This document shows, one piece after another, positions 26,241 to 38,319 of a DNA stretch of 64,000 bases. The notes beneath the pieces are model-generated. The model worked only from the letters and a program-made list of their open reading frames with translations, made no database searches and was not told the DNA's origin. Where the stretch lies: the NCBI RefSeq assembly GCF_018350175.1, contig NC_058368.1:198960001-199024000 (forward strand), read 5' to 3'. Source of the DNA: Felis catus. Taxonomy: Eukaryota. A program made the position numbers and the translations under genes. Numbering within the stretch: the first letter of the stretch is position 1; each line of letters begins with the position of its first letter.

Positions 26241-29200
26241 GGCAAGTGTGAAACAGGTAATAGCTTTTGCCCTCCACTGCCTACTTGTGATCATTATTTC
26301 TAAGAGGCCTAACATGAAGATATTTATAGAGAGAAATTTTGTGTATGATAACTTATTATAGACCTAATCGAACAATATTTCTTGATATTTATATGTAACA
26401 TAAATTGTTGTTTGATTAGGTCTACATATGCATCTCTTTTTGAACATTGATTCTTTCATAAAAGATTTTTTTATCTTTTCCTCTTATTTTCTTTTTTCTG
26501 AGATTACAAATGAATGTAACTATCTAAGATCTGTGGTGGTGTTGGTATTTGCTTTGGAGGAATGTGGCTATCAAAGTGCAAATCAGACATGAATAAATTC
26601 CATTCATTGTCGTGGAGAGTTTCTATGTGCTGGGCGCTCTCCCAGGCGCTGACGTTCTATTTGCAGCGTAGAAGTCCACCAACCGTGCTAACTCAAAAGA
26701 ACGGTGTGTGCTAAACACCTCCAAACGGGGCAGGCTTGCTTCTTCGTAGTCTCAAGTTGGCTAGTAGCTGAAAAGGGTTCCGCCAGTATTTATTTGCTTT
26801 TTGGTCAATAACTTGAAACTATTTAAATCGACAACTTCTCACCGCTTTTATTCCCCACAAGCATGGATCTGCTTATTAGCAGACACCATTCCTGGATGAG
26901 AGTAGGTGTAAAGAAAACAACTCCTTCAGTAGGTGGGAAAGTAATCCAAGAAAAAGTGCTAAAATGTGAGTATGTTTACCAAGAAACAAGCAACACCCAA
27001 GGGGCTGGCATTATTTAGTAGCTTCTTTTTTTTTTTTTTTTAAACATCTGTTTATTAAAGAGTTTGCTTCTTGACCCAGACACTGCTCTGTACCTACCAA
27101 GTGGGAACAGGAGTCCTAACTGTGATCCATTCTCCTTATCTACCCCTGTTCAGTCTTCAGTTTCATGTCTTTATTAAGGACATTTTGGGTAAACGCCACC
27201 TCTGGGAAAGGGCTCTGGATTCACCCATGTGAGAACTCTTTGCTGCATAATTAGCCTAATTTTTTTTTTCTGTCGGATCATAGCAGTCATTGTCCCAGTG
27301 TGTTTTAACTCTGTGATGTTACCAGTTTGAATATTGAATTTGAGGCAGCAAACCTTCCTAAAGAAAGATGTATACTGTGCTTTTATGCATCATCACTGAA
27401 AGAATTTTGCTTTGAAGCCCAGTGCGAACACTTAATTTTTATTTGCTATTATAAAAGAGTCTCTTTGAGCTGACAAATATGAAAATATGACTGTGATTTC
27501 GGCAGGAGTCCAGAAACTTTAGAGAGAATGATGCTTTTATCTTTTGAAAGTCCTTTGACTACTGCATTATTCTATTAATAGATGGAGAAGGGTAATAACA
27601 TCCTTCAAGGCCTTCTTCTGTTGGAACTAGTCTTCGTACAAACGAGAAGGAGAATGATGTATGTGTAGAATACTAAGAGTTTAATGTACAATTATTTAAA
27701 TCTCCTGTCTTTGGGCAGCTGTTAAATTTATTTAAGAGCTCCATGTGGCCGGGTTTCCATTTCTTTCTCCATTTATATGCTGTCCTCCCTGGAATTTCAG
27801 TTAGACAATAAATAATTATACTTTTAAGTTGACGTGCAGTTGCATACTTGAGATGTCTCAAAATGACAGCAAGGAAGCCTTGAGCTAAATGGCAGCTTCT
27901 CTGGCATCCAGGAATTCTGCATTTGTCTTTATAGAGTTTGCCAACGTGTCCACCTCCAGGTACAATGGCATCTAGAAGCAGCTTGTCCCATGATGTTCTG
28001 TTGTAACAAATAACTGAAGATTTAATGGAGGGTTCAGTGACTCCAGAGGGGATATTTTAATAGATCGATTAAGTGCACATACTGATCATAGTAAACATAT
28101 CTCTGCACAGCTATCAAAAAATCTTTCATTAAATAGCTATCATAATTTCAGTGTTTATTTAGAACCCCAGGTGAAATCTTAATGATTTCCTCTCATGAAA
28201 ATTGCCAGAGTAAAAGAAAATGAAATTATTTTACCAAACCTGACTGATTTTGAGTTAGAGCTTAATAGAGTCTGCCCACACAGTACTCATTTTCATAACT
28301 TTGGGAATCTTCAAAATCTAGAGTTTGCCTTTGGGCATTGCTAAATAAACCAGATTTTTGGAAATATTCTGCAAATGTTATTGTGAAAGTATGCTATATG
28401 AGCCATCATTTCTTAAGACCGAACTAAGCAACTTAGAAAAAAGAATGGATTCTCATTGGGAGAGATGCTTAAACTTGATATATGTTGAGACCAGCTTTGT
28501 AAGAAGGGTTTATCCTGATATATTTGAATGCTTTTTCTTAATCTTTACTGATAAAACGAAAGCTTTTCTTTTGATAGTCAAGACCTGTGAGGATTTCAAA
28601 CTATACCCTCCCTATGCCCCATATCTTTTCCTTCTAGAGTCACTTAATCCCTTTTCTCAGGGGGTAATTCTACCCCATGCCTCCTTGGCCTGTCTCTAAA
28701 AGATTTTTGGAGAGCATGAAGCAAGGTGGGTATGGTTATTGGTTTTGGAAAAGGCTCTGATGTTTGTCCCAAGAAGTAATGCCATAAAAGTTTTTCATTT
28801 GCTTTTTTGTTACAAACCACAACATTGACTCTGTGATAACTATGACCTTAGGTTTTTGTGCTTCTATAAATCCTTTCAAATAAATCCAGCTGTACCCAAA
28901 TTTGGACACATTTGGGAGGCGAGGTGATGAGAACGGGCTCTGTTTGCTAGAAATGGGTCTTCTGAGGGGGCTTTACATGTCCTGGATCCCAGCTGGTCGA
29001 CATTTTACATGCCATTGAGCCCCTTCATCTGTGACAATCTCACAGTTAGACTGTGCACATCTCGGTTCCCTGTGGCCTGCCTGGTCAATTCCAGTCACTT
29101 GTTCCGATCCCAGAGTCTTCATCAAGTTCACATTGCCACCATGTCCAGCGTTATCTATAACCAATACAGCAGTGAACGATAAAGACCACAAACATTGGCT

Positions 29201-29360
29201 GCATCCCGCTTTCAGCTTCCAAATTTGGCTTTCACCCAGTACTTTTGATCAAGGCACAGAGTCTTCCAGAATGTTTATAATTTTGCAGCACCACTTCATT
29301 GGCGTAAATTTGTTCCTCAACCCAGATGGTGATCCGCTTACGAAGGTTTTTTCTTCCTTG

Positions 29361-29672
29361 CTTATTTGTTATTTAGAAAGCCTGGGATTAGGAATAGTTA
29401 GGTCCATTTTGTAACCGGTCTGTGTGCCAGAGGTAAAAGCCATTGGCACAGCATTTCAATGAAGGGGGAGCTGTTGGCAGGGCCAGGGGCTGGTGGGCGT
29501 TCCTCAGTTCCGTTCAGTTTATGCTCTCTCGGAGGACTTTGTACCCAAAGCATTTTAAAGTTTACTTTTCTGCTGCCTCCTTTCTCCCTCCCCAAAAGCA
29601 TATGTTTTCTGCATTCTTTATCCTGGTTCTCTCTTAATAAGCGGAAGTTCCCTTCCTTATAAGGTTTAGATT
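29361..29672. repeat. Copy B of an unclassified ~300 bp diverged direct repeat
   Basis: Collinear with 25281-25583 at offsets of 4078-4090. Confidence 0.92.
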
Positions 29673-32194
29673 CATTTGAAATATCCATGCTATGATTTTT
29701 GTTTGTAACGTAGCAATACCTGGACACCAAGGGTGCCCTTCTTGATTTACCAAATGAATATAAACACCAGTTTACAAAACTAAATTGTGAGATCTATCAA
29801 AGTGTGGACTAATCTCCAAAAACCATGCGTTAGGTAAAATAATCATAAAGCTGAGGGGCGACCTAAGGCCAGTAGGTGATACAGGTAAGCGTCACTCGTC
29901 AAATAGTATTTTTTCAGTTAAGTAGACACTGTACCAAGTGTGCAGAGTTCAGACCATATGTAGGACACAAGCCCAGTCCTCTGGCCTTCAGGCTTATTTG
30001 GAAGACACTTCTAAGCAAAGCCCACCTAGTGGAGTTGAGAAAAAGAAAGGCTTGTGGGCTAGAGGTAGAAGAAATGAAGTCCCAGTTTGAGCATACCCGC
30101 CTAAAGCCGAAAAGTCTCAAAGCTAAAATATAATATAAAAACAAAAGTCAGCTCCCTAACGACTTGTAAGGGGCTACATCAAACACGTTGTCTACCTTGA
30201 TGAAATTATTTCATTTTTCATTAGATCTTAAATCCTTTCTTTCGACAGAACAAAGCACATACAACTCATGCTTCGTTGAAGTGGTGGGAACAGTGTTCAC
30301 ATAATAACTTGTGTGAATGGCATCTTGGCATCACACGGCACAAGGTCGGCTGAGCTGGAAACGGCAACCCTAAGCGGAGGAAAAAATTGAATTTGGGAGA
30401 ATCTTCCCCCTAAATCTTTCATTATAACGCATGCCTGTTTGTCAATAGCATAGATTAATAGCACATAGCTAGCATTAATTTTGCTTCCCCTTTATAAGCC
30501 AAATAAAGCAGGGACTGTATGTACTTATAAGGACTTGATTTTGAGACCTTCATGATCACAGTTATGATTTATGAAATCATTAGTGTACAAAAGGTGTAAA
30601 GTGTTCCATGTTTTCAGTGGTTAGTTCATCATTTATTCTCACAGAATCCTTTTTAGGTGTAAATAAACAAACACACAGAGGGCAGATCTGGTGCCCAGAA
30701 CTCCTGAAGGAATCCATAACACAATCTTTCCACAGACTGAAACTGCTTGTATTGTAAACGAATTTCACTGAATTAAACCGGCATAAATACGACTAACTCC
30801 CCAGACCAATTTGTGTCTTTTCTATGAGGAAACTGTTTGAATGTTAAAAGTGTGCATGATACTGTATGATTCTGGGTAATTTAAAGGAGACCGTGGTTTC
30901 TTCCATAGTTACTTTATTCACAGAAATGTCTTTTATCATCAGCACGTGCATTAATTGACCTTCAAAAATATTTCCTCTGAAAGGATGAGCAACTTAGAGT
31001 GTGTCCTTTCCTTAGTTTTGAAGTGCACTCCGGTTCCAAACGCAGCATCTCTGCCTCATTTCTACTAAATGAATCTCCAGCATTTAGACGTAATGTCTAT
31101 TTTTATGGAATATTAATTAAGCTCATTGAAACTTACATGATGCAGGAAAAGGTTTGCCAAAGGATGGTAAATTTCATCTCTCTCAAGTGACCCTTTTCTT
31201 TCTCAGGCTCTTTGGAGATGCCAAATCCAAGCAGCCCTGAAGATATCTCTTAGCTGACCAAGAGATACCAGCTGGTTTTTATTAACAGGAAGAGAAACCA
31301 TAGGCTGCTTGATTAAGATGGAGATCTGTAGATAATGTTCAAGTTTTAAGAGCTATAACAATAAAAGATTCTCTCCCTCTCTCTCTCTCTCTGTCCCTCT
31401 CCCCCCCCCACCCTCTTGTCTTGTTTTTCTTTTTTTCTTTTTGTCTAGCAGCCAACACAGTATACATGGGTTAGCAAGAAGCAGCCTGTGTGGGTGTGCA
31501 ATTACTAGATTTATTATGAAAATATTTTATTTTTTATTTTGTTAGTAAAAATTTAATTTGAGCAGTGCTGGTAATCTATATTTAGGCACGGTTCTCAAGG
31601 TATTTAGTATCATTGGGCTTTAATCTGAAATTCCCTATGAAATTATTAGGTTCCCCATTAGTGTTTAATACAAGGGGAATTCATAGTAAATGCATCAGTC
31701 TATCCTATGAGCAGAGTGTAAAGAAAGAGAACATTTTAGGTTAGCAGAAAGAATGCCCATGCTAAACTATCTTGTACTTTTTTTCCTTTTCTGCAGTGGA
31801 AGAGTATAAGCTTTGCTGTGCCTTTCTTTTCCATTTACCATGGCCACACTTGTGCATGGCAAGCGCACTTTGATTGAGAAGTCAGACTAGCATATGCATC
31901 AGCTCCTGATGGTGGGATCCACCCATTTACGGCAGCCTCCTCTGCCTCCCACCCCATCCCCCATGACCAAGTTCCTCAACACTGCTATACGTACAATGTT
32001 TTATTTTTATATTGCCCTCAAAAGAGTTATCTTTTAGGATCCAAATTTAATAAAGGGGAATTAATCTTACACAATGATTAAGAAAAAAAGAACCTATTTT
32101 TTAAATCGTTTACCTACTTCTGATTCCGTGGATGGGTAAGAAGAGTCATTATTTGCTAACAAACGTGTAGTGAGCAAACTATAGTATTTTAGGA

Positions 32195-32281
32195 TTTTTT
32201 TTTTAAAGATTTTTTTTTAAGTAATCTCTACACCCATTGTGGGACTCGAACTCACAACCCGAATCAAGAGTCACATGCCTC
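32195..32281 (-). mobile_element. Short or truncated CanSINE lacking a CT tract
   Basis: ttttaagtaatctctacacccattgtgggactcgaactcacaacccgaatcaagagtcacatg. Confidence 0.8.
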
Positions 32282-33674
32282 GGTATTATAGTTTTATATA
32301 CAGTTTTTAATGTGCTCATTTTTTATAACAACTTTTGAATGATGTAAAGGGCACTCACAAGTATCTTGACTTGTGTTTGACCCATAAAAGAGGAACCCAT
32401 TCTGGTTGTGCTTTTCTCAAATGACTACAACCACCAATATTTTACATAACTCTTGACTTTTCAAGGCAAGGCATTTAGTTTTTAAAATACTCCCATCGAA
32501 GGAAAAATAATATTTACTACTCTTCTTCCCCCATCCCTCTTTGCTTCTATCTAACTAATCTGCATGCTTTTATGTATTTTTTTTAACTTCTTCCTCTATC
32601 TGTACTGCTTAGCTAAAGAAAGAACTAGTTAGCCCCGATAAGTGAGACTAAGAGAATTGTTTCCCTGTAACTGAATAAAAACTTTAACGAGGATCTTCCT
32701 TGGGTACTCAGTATTTCTGTTTACAGAGGCACAAAATTTCAGAAACAGAATTACAGTGCTTTTTGCTGAAGTATAAATACGTGGACCCTATCCAAACTGG
32801 CGAATTCATTAGTCTTAAAGCAGACATCCAAGCTATTGTGGGTGTTTGGCTGACACCACTTTTACAGTAGGAGATCATTTCATTCCGAATGTGCAGTGGG
32901 CATTGGTTAGGCAGTCAGTTTTATGTGGTGTAGACACCTGGAACGAGAGAAGAGACAGTGCAGAAGCTTTGCGTGAACTCTGCTGAGTATTACATGATGT
33001 TCTTCTTGAACGGGTCGTGCTGGCAGCCGTTTCCTGGAATAACAAGGTCCTTGGGATATTTTTTTCACATTTGGTGCATAATTACATCCATACGTTTAGA
33101 GAGAGAGAGGAGGTACAAGTGAGTATCAGTGATAATTTACAGAATTTGGGTCCTTGGCTCTATTTGTTTATAAAATCCTCCAAGCTGAGTCTCAATTTAT
33201 GTCTCACATTTATAAAGGCAATTGAGCAAAGCCCCTTCCTTCTCTTAACCTGAAACGATTTGCTGGATTTTAATCCTTTATCTATACTTCATAATGAGCT
33301 TGGATAATTAGAAGTGAAGAAAAAAGATCTGAGCCACCAAGGGATCCTTGACAGAAAGAGAGATCATAGCCGGGACATTGCTTTTCTATCTAAATGCTTA
33401 CGTTTACTTTGCAATTAACAAAACAAAAAACAAAAAACAAAAAAAAAATCTAGTGCTGATCCTAAAATGCTACCCTCAATTATATCTAAACTGTTTAAGA
33501 AACCATAGGTCACTCTCCGTCTCCTGAAAACTTTTCTGGCAATCGGCGTCCTCTATTCAAATCCCACCGTAGTCAAAGCTCCATGTGAAATCCTGCCTCC
33601 TCTGTGAAGACACCAGGAGCTGGAGCTACCATCAGCCTGTCTCTGTGCTGATCATGGGCGTGGAACTCAATAAT

Positions 33675-33790
33675 GCTCAGAGGTTAAGAAATGCACCCAA
33701 GGCCAGGTGGTTAGTAAAGGGCAAAGCCAGAATTTGAACCCAGGCTGTGACACCACCTTGAGTTACTCTGCTTGGGCCTGCACACTGTCT
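33675..33790 (-). mobile_element. MIR fragment
   Basis: gctcagaggttaagaaatgcacccaaggcc...agccagaatttgaacccagg. Confidence 0.7.
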
Positions 33791-34108
33791 TTGTTACATG
33801 CTTTTTTTAATTTTGAGCTTCGAAACCCGTCCAGCAAGACCCAAAGCTCCTTGTCCATGCTTAGCTTCCAGGAGCCTCACGTGGTTCTAGGCACGTAACA
33901 CATTTTTGGTCAGTGCTTACTGAGACTTAGACCTAAGATCCAGTACCCTCACTTCCCCCCACCCCCGCCAGGGGAACTGGTTAAGTGACTTGCATAAAGC
34001 CCCAAAGTTAGTAATCACAAGAAACAAACAGAAGGGTTCCAGAAAAAAGTTGAAGTATCAGTCATTTATGGCAGATGAGTAAGTTAAAGGTTAAGATTGA
34101 GAAATCCT

Positions 34109-34321
34109 GGGGCACCTGGGTGACTCAGTCATTTGAGAGCTGGACGTCAGCTCAGGTCACAATCTCTCAGTTCATGGGTTTGAGTCCCGTGTCGTGCTGA
34201 GTGCTGACAGCTCAGAGCCTGGAACCTGCTTTGGATTCTGTGTCTCCCTCTCTCTCTGTCCCTCCCCAGCTTAGACTCTGTCTCTCTCTCAAAAATAAAA
34301 ACTTTAAAAAAAAAAAAAAAA
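34109..34321 (+). mobile_element. CanSINE
   Basis: ggggcacctgggtgactcagtc head, CT tract, polyA; TSD gagaaatc(c/t)tg. Confidence 0.95.
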
Positions 34322-34814
34322 GAGAAATCTTGAAAACCGATGCTTGAAAAGAGGAAACAGATTGAAGGCTGCAGAAGACTTCCATGAAAACGCTAAAAGG
34401 CACTTGGAAGCACTTCTTGAGTGATTTGAGTCTGTTGTTAGGTCTAACTTAACAGTTTCCTGACTTGAGTGTATGGATGATCCATAAATTCACGAACACT
34501 CTTTTGGATGTTTGGGACTCCCAAGTCGCATCAGATTTGGTAACAATTGGAAGAAAGAGAAGCAGCAAAGGAAAGGCAAGTAAAATGCACGTGCAACCTT
34601 GGTGAGCGAAAACAGCAACTGCCTGGCTGCCTGCCAGGGGTCACCATCCGCCAGACAGCTTGATTGCCGTCCTGTGTTGGGGAGGATGAGCAGGGTGGTC
34701 ACTGTGAGCAGCCTTGAGTGGACATGGGAGGAGGACAGGCGGTGTGGACTCGGCCATTAGTAGGAAGAAAGTTAAAGCCAGTGTTAGGAGTCGCTGTCCA
34801 CGCCCAAGATCACC

Positions 34815-34932
34815 TTAGCTGACTTTTGGGTTTAGCCATTTCACCCAACTGGGGCATGGTCTCCTTATCTGTTAAATGAGAGGATTGAATCAGACGATTT
34901 GTAGGTCCCCTTCTGGCTCTAAAATTCTGACT
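34815..34932 (+). mobile_element. MIR3/MIRc fragment
   Basis: cttatctgttaaatgagaggattgaatcaga...ggtccccttctggctctaaaattctga. Confidence 0.7.
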
Positions 34933-37302
34933 CTAAGAATATCTTTTCCATATCACTTCTTCAGAATGAATCTTATTTTCAATTCGTCTAAACGATTTCA
35001 AAATGCTGTTTAGAATAATTAAAGTAACACTAAGAATGGCTTGAAAAGTAATCGTCAAAATTGTGAATATCTCCCATAATGTCATTTGTGTGACAATCTG
35101 CTAAAATTTTTTAAGCTAATAAAAGTAAAAGACAAAATCCAAATGAATGCTTTTTAAGAAAGCTAAGGAGAAATAATGGCAACTTTCCAAATGCTGCTAA
35201 AGCTCTCAGTCTGCTCCTCCCAGCTGTTCCTTCTCAAGGTGCTCATGGGCCTGACGAAATCTGACACAATGTCAGACAAATACCTTTCTCCCGACGCTTT
35301 TATTACCTCCTTTTCCTGAAAGTCATAATCTAACACCAGCATGAGAACTCATAGTCGTGTCTCATTTATCTCCCTCGCCCTGCTTTCTAATTGAAAATTT
35401 TCATTCATGCGGTTTTTTTTCCCCAAAGATCTTAAGTTTTAGTGGCAAGTGTTTATATGTCCTTTTTAATTTTATGTTTACCTGGTCTCTGATAAAATAA
35501 TCAGGTTTTTAAAATATTGTTTAAACAATAAAACTCAATCAGCATTTGGATATTTACTGGAGACAGCTTTGTGCATTTGACGACTTTCCGGTTATAGAAT
35601 TCATCCCTAGCATTCGAAGATCATTTTACCAAGTACCCTTTCACCAAGGGGGTATGGGGAGGGGAAGCATCCCACCCCTCAAAGCAGCTGTACTGTCTTT
35701 TATGCGGAAGTAAAGGTTCTATGAATGTCAAAGTCAGATCACAAATGCAGACTTGTGTTTCAAGTTGGGGACATGTGAGGATTTTTTTTCAGGTGTGGAG
35801 ATGGTTATTTGTTTGTTTTGATTTATATGAGTTTCAGCCTGTCTGACCTTTACCAATGGCAGCTGACGAAGACCAGAACTTAAATAATGAAGGAGGGAAG
35901 CACTCTGTAAAACATATTTGATCCTAAGTTTGGGTTACCTATCTCTTCGCGAGACTTCATTAGGGTATAGTTATGATTATACACTCCTCTCCAAAAGGCT
36001 GCTCTTTTCAACAGGCATTAAAATAACAGGCAAGCTTAATTTAGGTCATTTGTATTTTCTTCTTATAAATTTCCCAGGACGTGCTCTGTATACACTGGGC
36101 ATTCAATAAATGTCAGTCAGTCTGCAATATTTATTGGGTGCTGCTCTATTTCAAATGCTTATAAAGGAAAATGAACATTCTCAAGGGAATAGTTTTCAGG
36201 TTGTCTTTCTCTTGTATGTCTGGCTCGGGATCTATACAGCTCAGTTGTTCAATAGAGGTGGAAAAGTGACTGTCTTTGTCCAATGGAGTTGATGTTTACC
36301 AAGTCTGAGTTTCCATCACTTTCTCTCTCTTTCTCTGGGTCAAGGCAGTATTCTGTCAGTATGCGTATCACTACGTACGGTCCAGTTAAAATGTTCAAAT
36401 ACTGGCCCCTCCTTATAAGTGCCCTCCTGTTTAACTGCATTGGTCCTTTCCTCAAAACCCCGAGTCCCACAATTCCATAATCAAAGGGATAATTCCTGGT
36501 TTAGCTGGAAGCCTCTAGAAACATGCTCCAGCACTGTCACCAGCATCCACTCTGATTGGTTAGTGTCTATGCCATACCCCTTCTTGAGGATTTCAAATAT
36601 TCCCCCGCAGAAAGTTAGGAACATTCAAGAATGATTCCTCAAAAATTATTATGGTTGCTGTCATTAAAAAACAAAACAAAACAAAACAAAAAACAGATGC
36701 ATGAACTATTATATAACAATGATCCTTCTATGGTGTGATATCAGATTCTCCTGGTCCTAGGGCAGGGACCAGCTTTGAACTATATTACATCCTCATTGCT
36801 AAACACAGGCAAAAGGACAAGAAATAGTAACTGTACTAAACAGAGCTAATAAAATACACTTCAGACTTAAGAAAAGAATTGAAATTTGGAGACAGCCATG
36901 TAGAAACTCAAACTATGATGACACACTAGAAGAATTAGTCTTCATGACAAAAGTGGCTGGCTGATGAGGATCGATAATGAACCCCCAAACCAAATGGTGC
37001 TACTCTACAGGTTAAGTAAAATAGGAAGTAGATAGGTGAGCAGATATTGATGAATTCACCTTGTCTCTCAGGTGTTCCTTGCCTAAAGGTGTACACTAAC
37101 TTTCAATCCATAGCACTGATATATCCATAAAACTGGATATATTCTGGATAAATTCTGGAACTGATTTGGACATTAAAAACCAAGAAGAAGGAAACCTGAG
37201 TACCACAGTACTGAGAAGCAATATGTGACATAGCAGTTTTCTACCTGCTTGTTCCTGGGAAACCTACCCTTGCTTCATAAAAGAAGTCCTGCTTTTAATG
37301 TT

Positions 37303-37310
<8 letters not shown>

Positions 37311-37344
<34 letters not shown>

Positions 37345-37495
37345 TATATATTTATTTAATATATATATATATTATATATATATATTATATATTATATATA
37401 TATTATATATATATTATATATATATTATATATATATTATATATATAAATATATTTATATATTTAATATATATTTATTAAATATATATATTTAATG

Positions 37496-37540
<45 letters not shown>
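37311..37540. repeat. Complex (TA)n / AT-only tract
   Basis: About 230 bp of almost pure A/T: pure (TA)n ends around tatatatatat-type internal units. Confidence 0.97.
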
Positions 37541-37543
<3 letters not shown>

Positions 37544-37729
37544 CAGACATTCCCTGAGTGAGATCACCTACAAAATTTAGTCCAGGTTAACTTTTACTAG
37601 TTTCCGTTGTAATTAGTGGAAAAATAAAATGCTTCTCTTATGGAACAGAAGTTCAAAGTTAAAACTGGAAATGTCCTAACGTGGGTTTGTGCTTACACAG
37701 TTAAAATGACTGTTAGGGAGGGAGTAGAC

Positions 37730-37920
37730 TACCATAGGTAAGAACATGGGTTCTGGAATTAGACTGACCTGGGGTTGAATGTCAGTTTTATCACCTGTTT
37801 GCCGTTTGCCCTTGGACAAGTTACTTCCCTCTCTCAGCCTCTGTTCCCACAGGAGTTGAGTGTAAATGATAATACTATCCGACAGAGCTGTAATGAGAGT
37901 AAACGAGATAGCTTCTGTAT
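37730..37920 (+). mobile_element. MIR SINE, 5' part (continues at about 38320-38366)
   Basis: aagaacatgggttctggaattagactgacctggggttgaat...ccttggacaagttacttccctctctcagcctctgtt. Confidence 0.85.
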
Positions 37921-38319
37921 TGGTTGGGGAAAGCAGTGTGGGTTACTCTAAAGCCCACAATTTCAGTGGCTTGTCGCTAGTTTGCTTCTCTGTCACCTCA
38001 CGGGCCTGTGTGGGTTGGGCGGGGGGCGCTCTGCTCCTTATAATTATCCAAGCATCTTGATCCCTTCCATCTCTATCCTCTCCCCTCTAGGTTCTTAGGG
38101 CCACTTTGCTCAACGTCTCCTGGAAAAAGGCAACAAGGATTGTGCACGATACAAGGGAGCGTCACAAGTGTCTTGTTTCTTCCGGGGGTAGAAGGGATGT
38201 GCGCCACTTGTCACCCGGCTACACCGCACCGTGGCAGCCGCCGTGCTGTGTGGCCTGGCCCTTTGCACCGGGAGAAGAGGAGGGGCAGATACTGGTGTGC
38301 ACCAACAGTTGCTGCCACA
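37921..38319 (-). mobile_element. MaLR LTR (MLT1-like) inserted into the MIR
   Basis: cccacaatttcagtggctt...gggttggg...gctctgctc, ending ggagaagaggag...tggtgtgcaccaacagttgctgccaca; the MIR tail aaggcacttaccacagtgcctggcac resumes after it. Confidence 0.7.
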
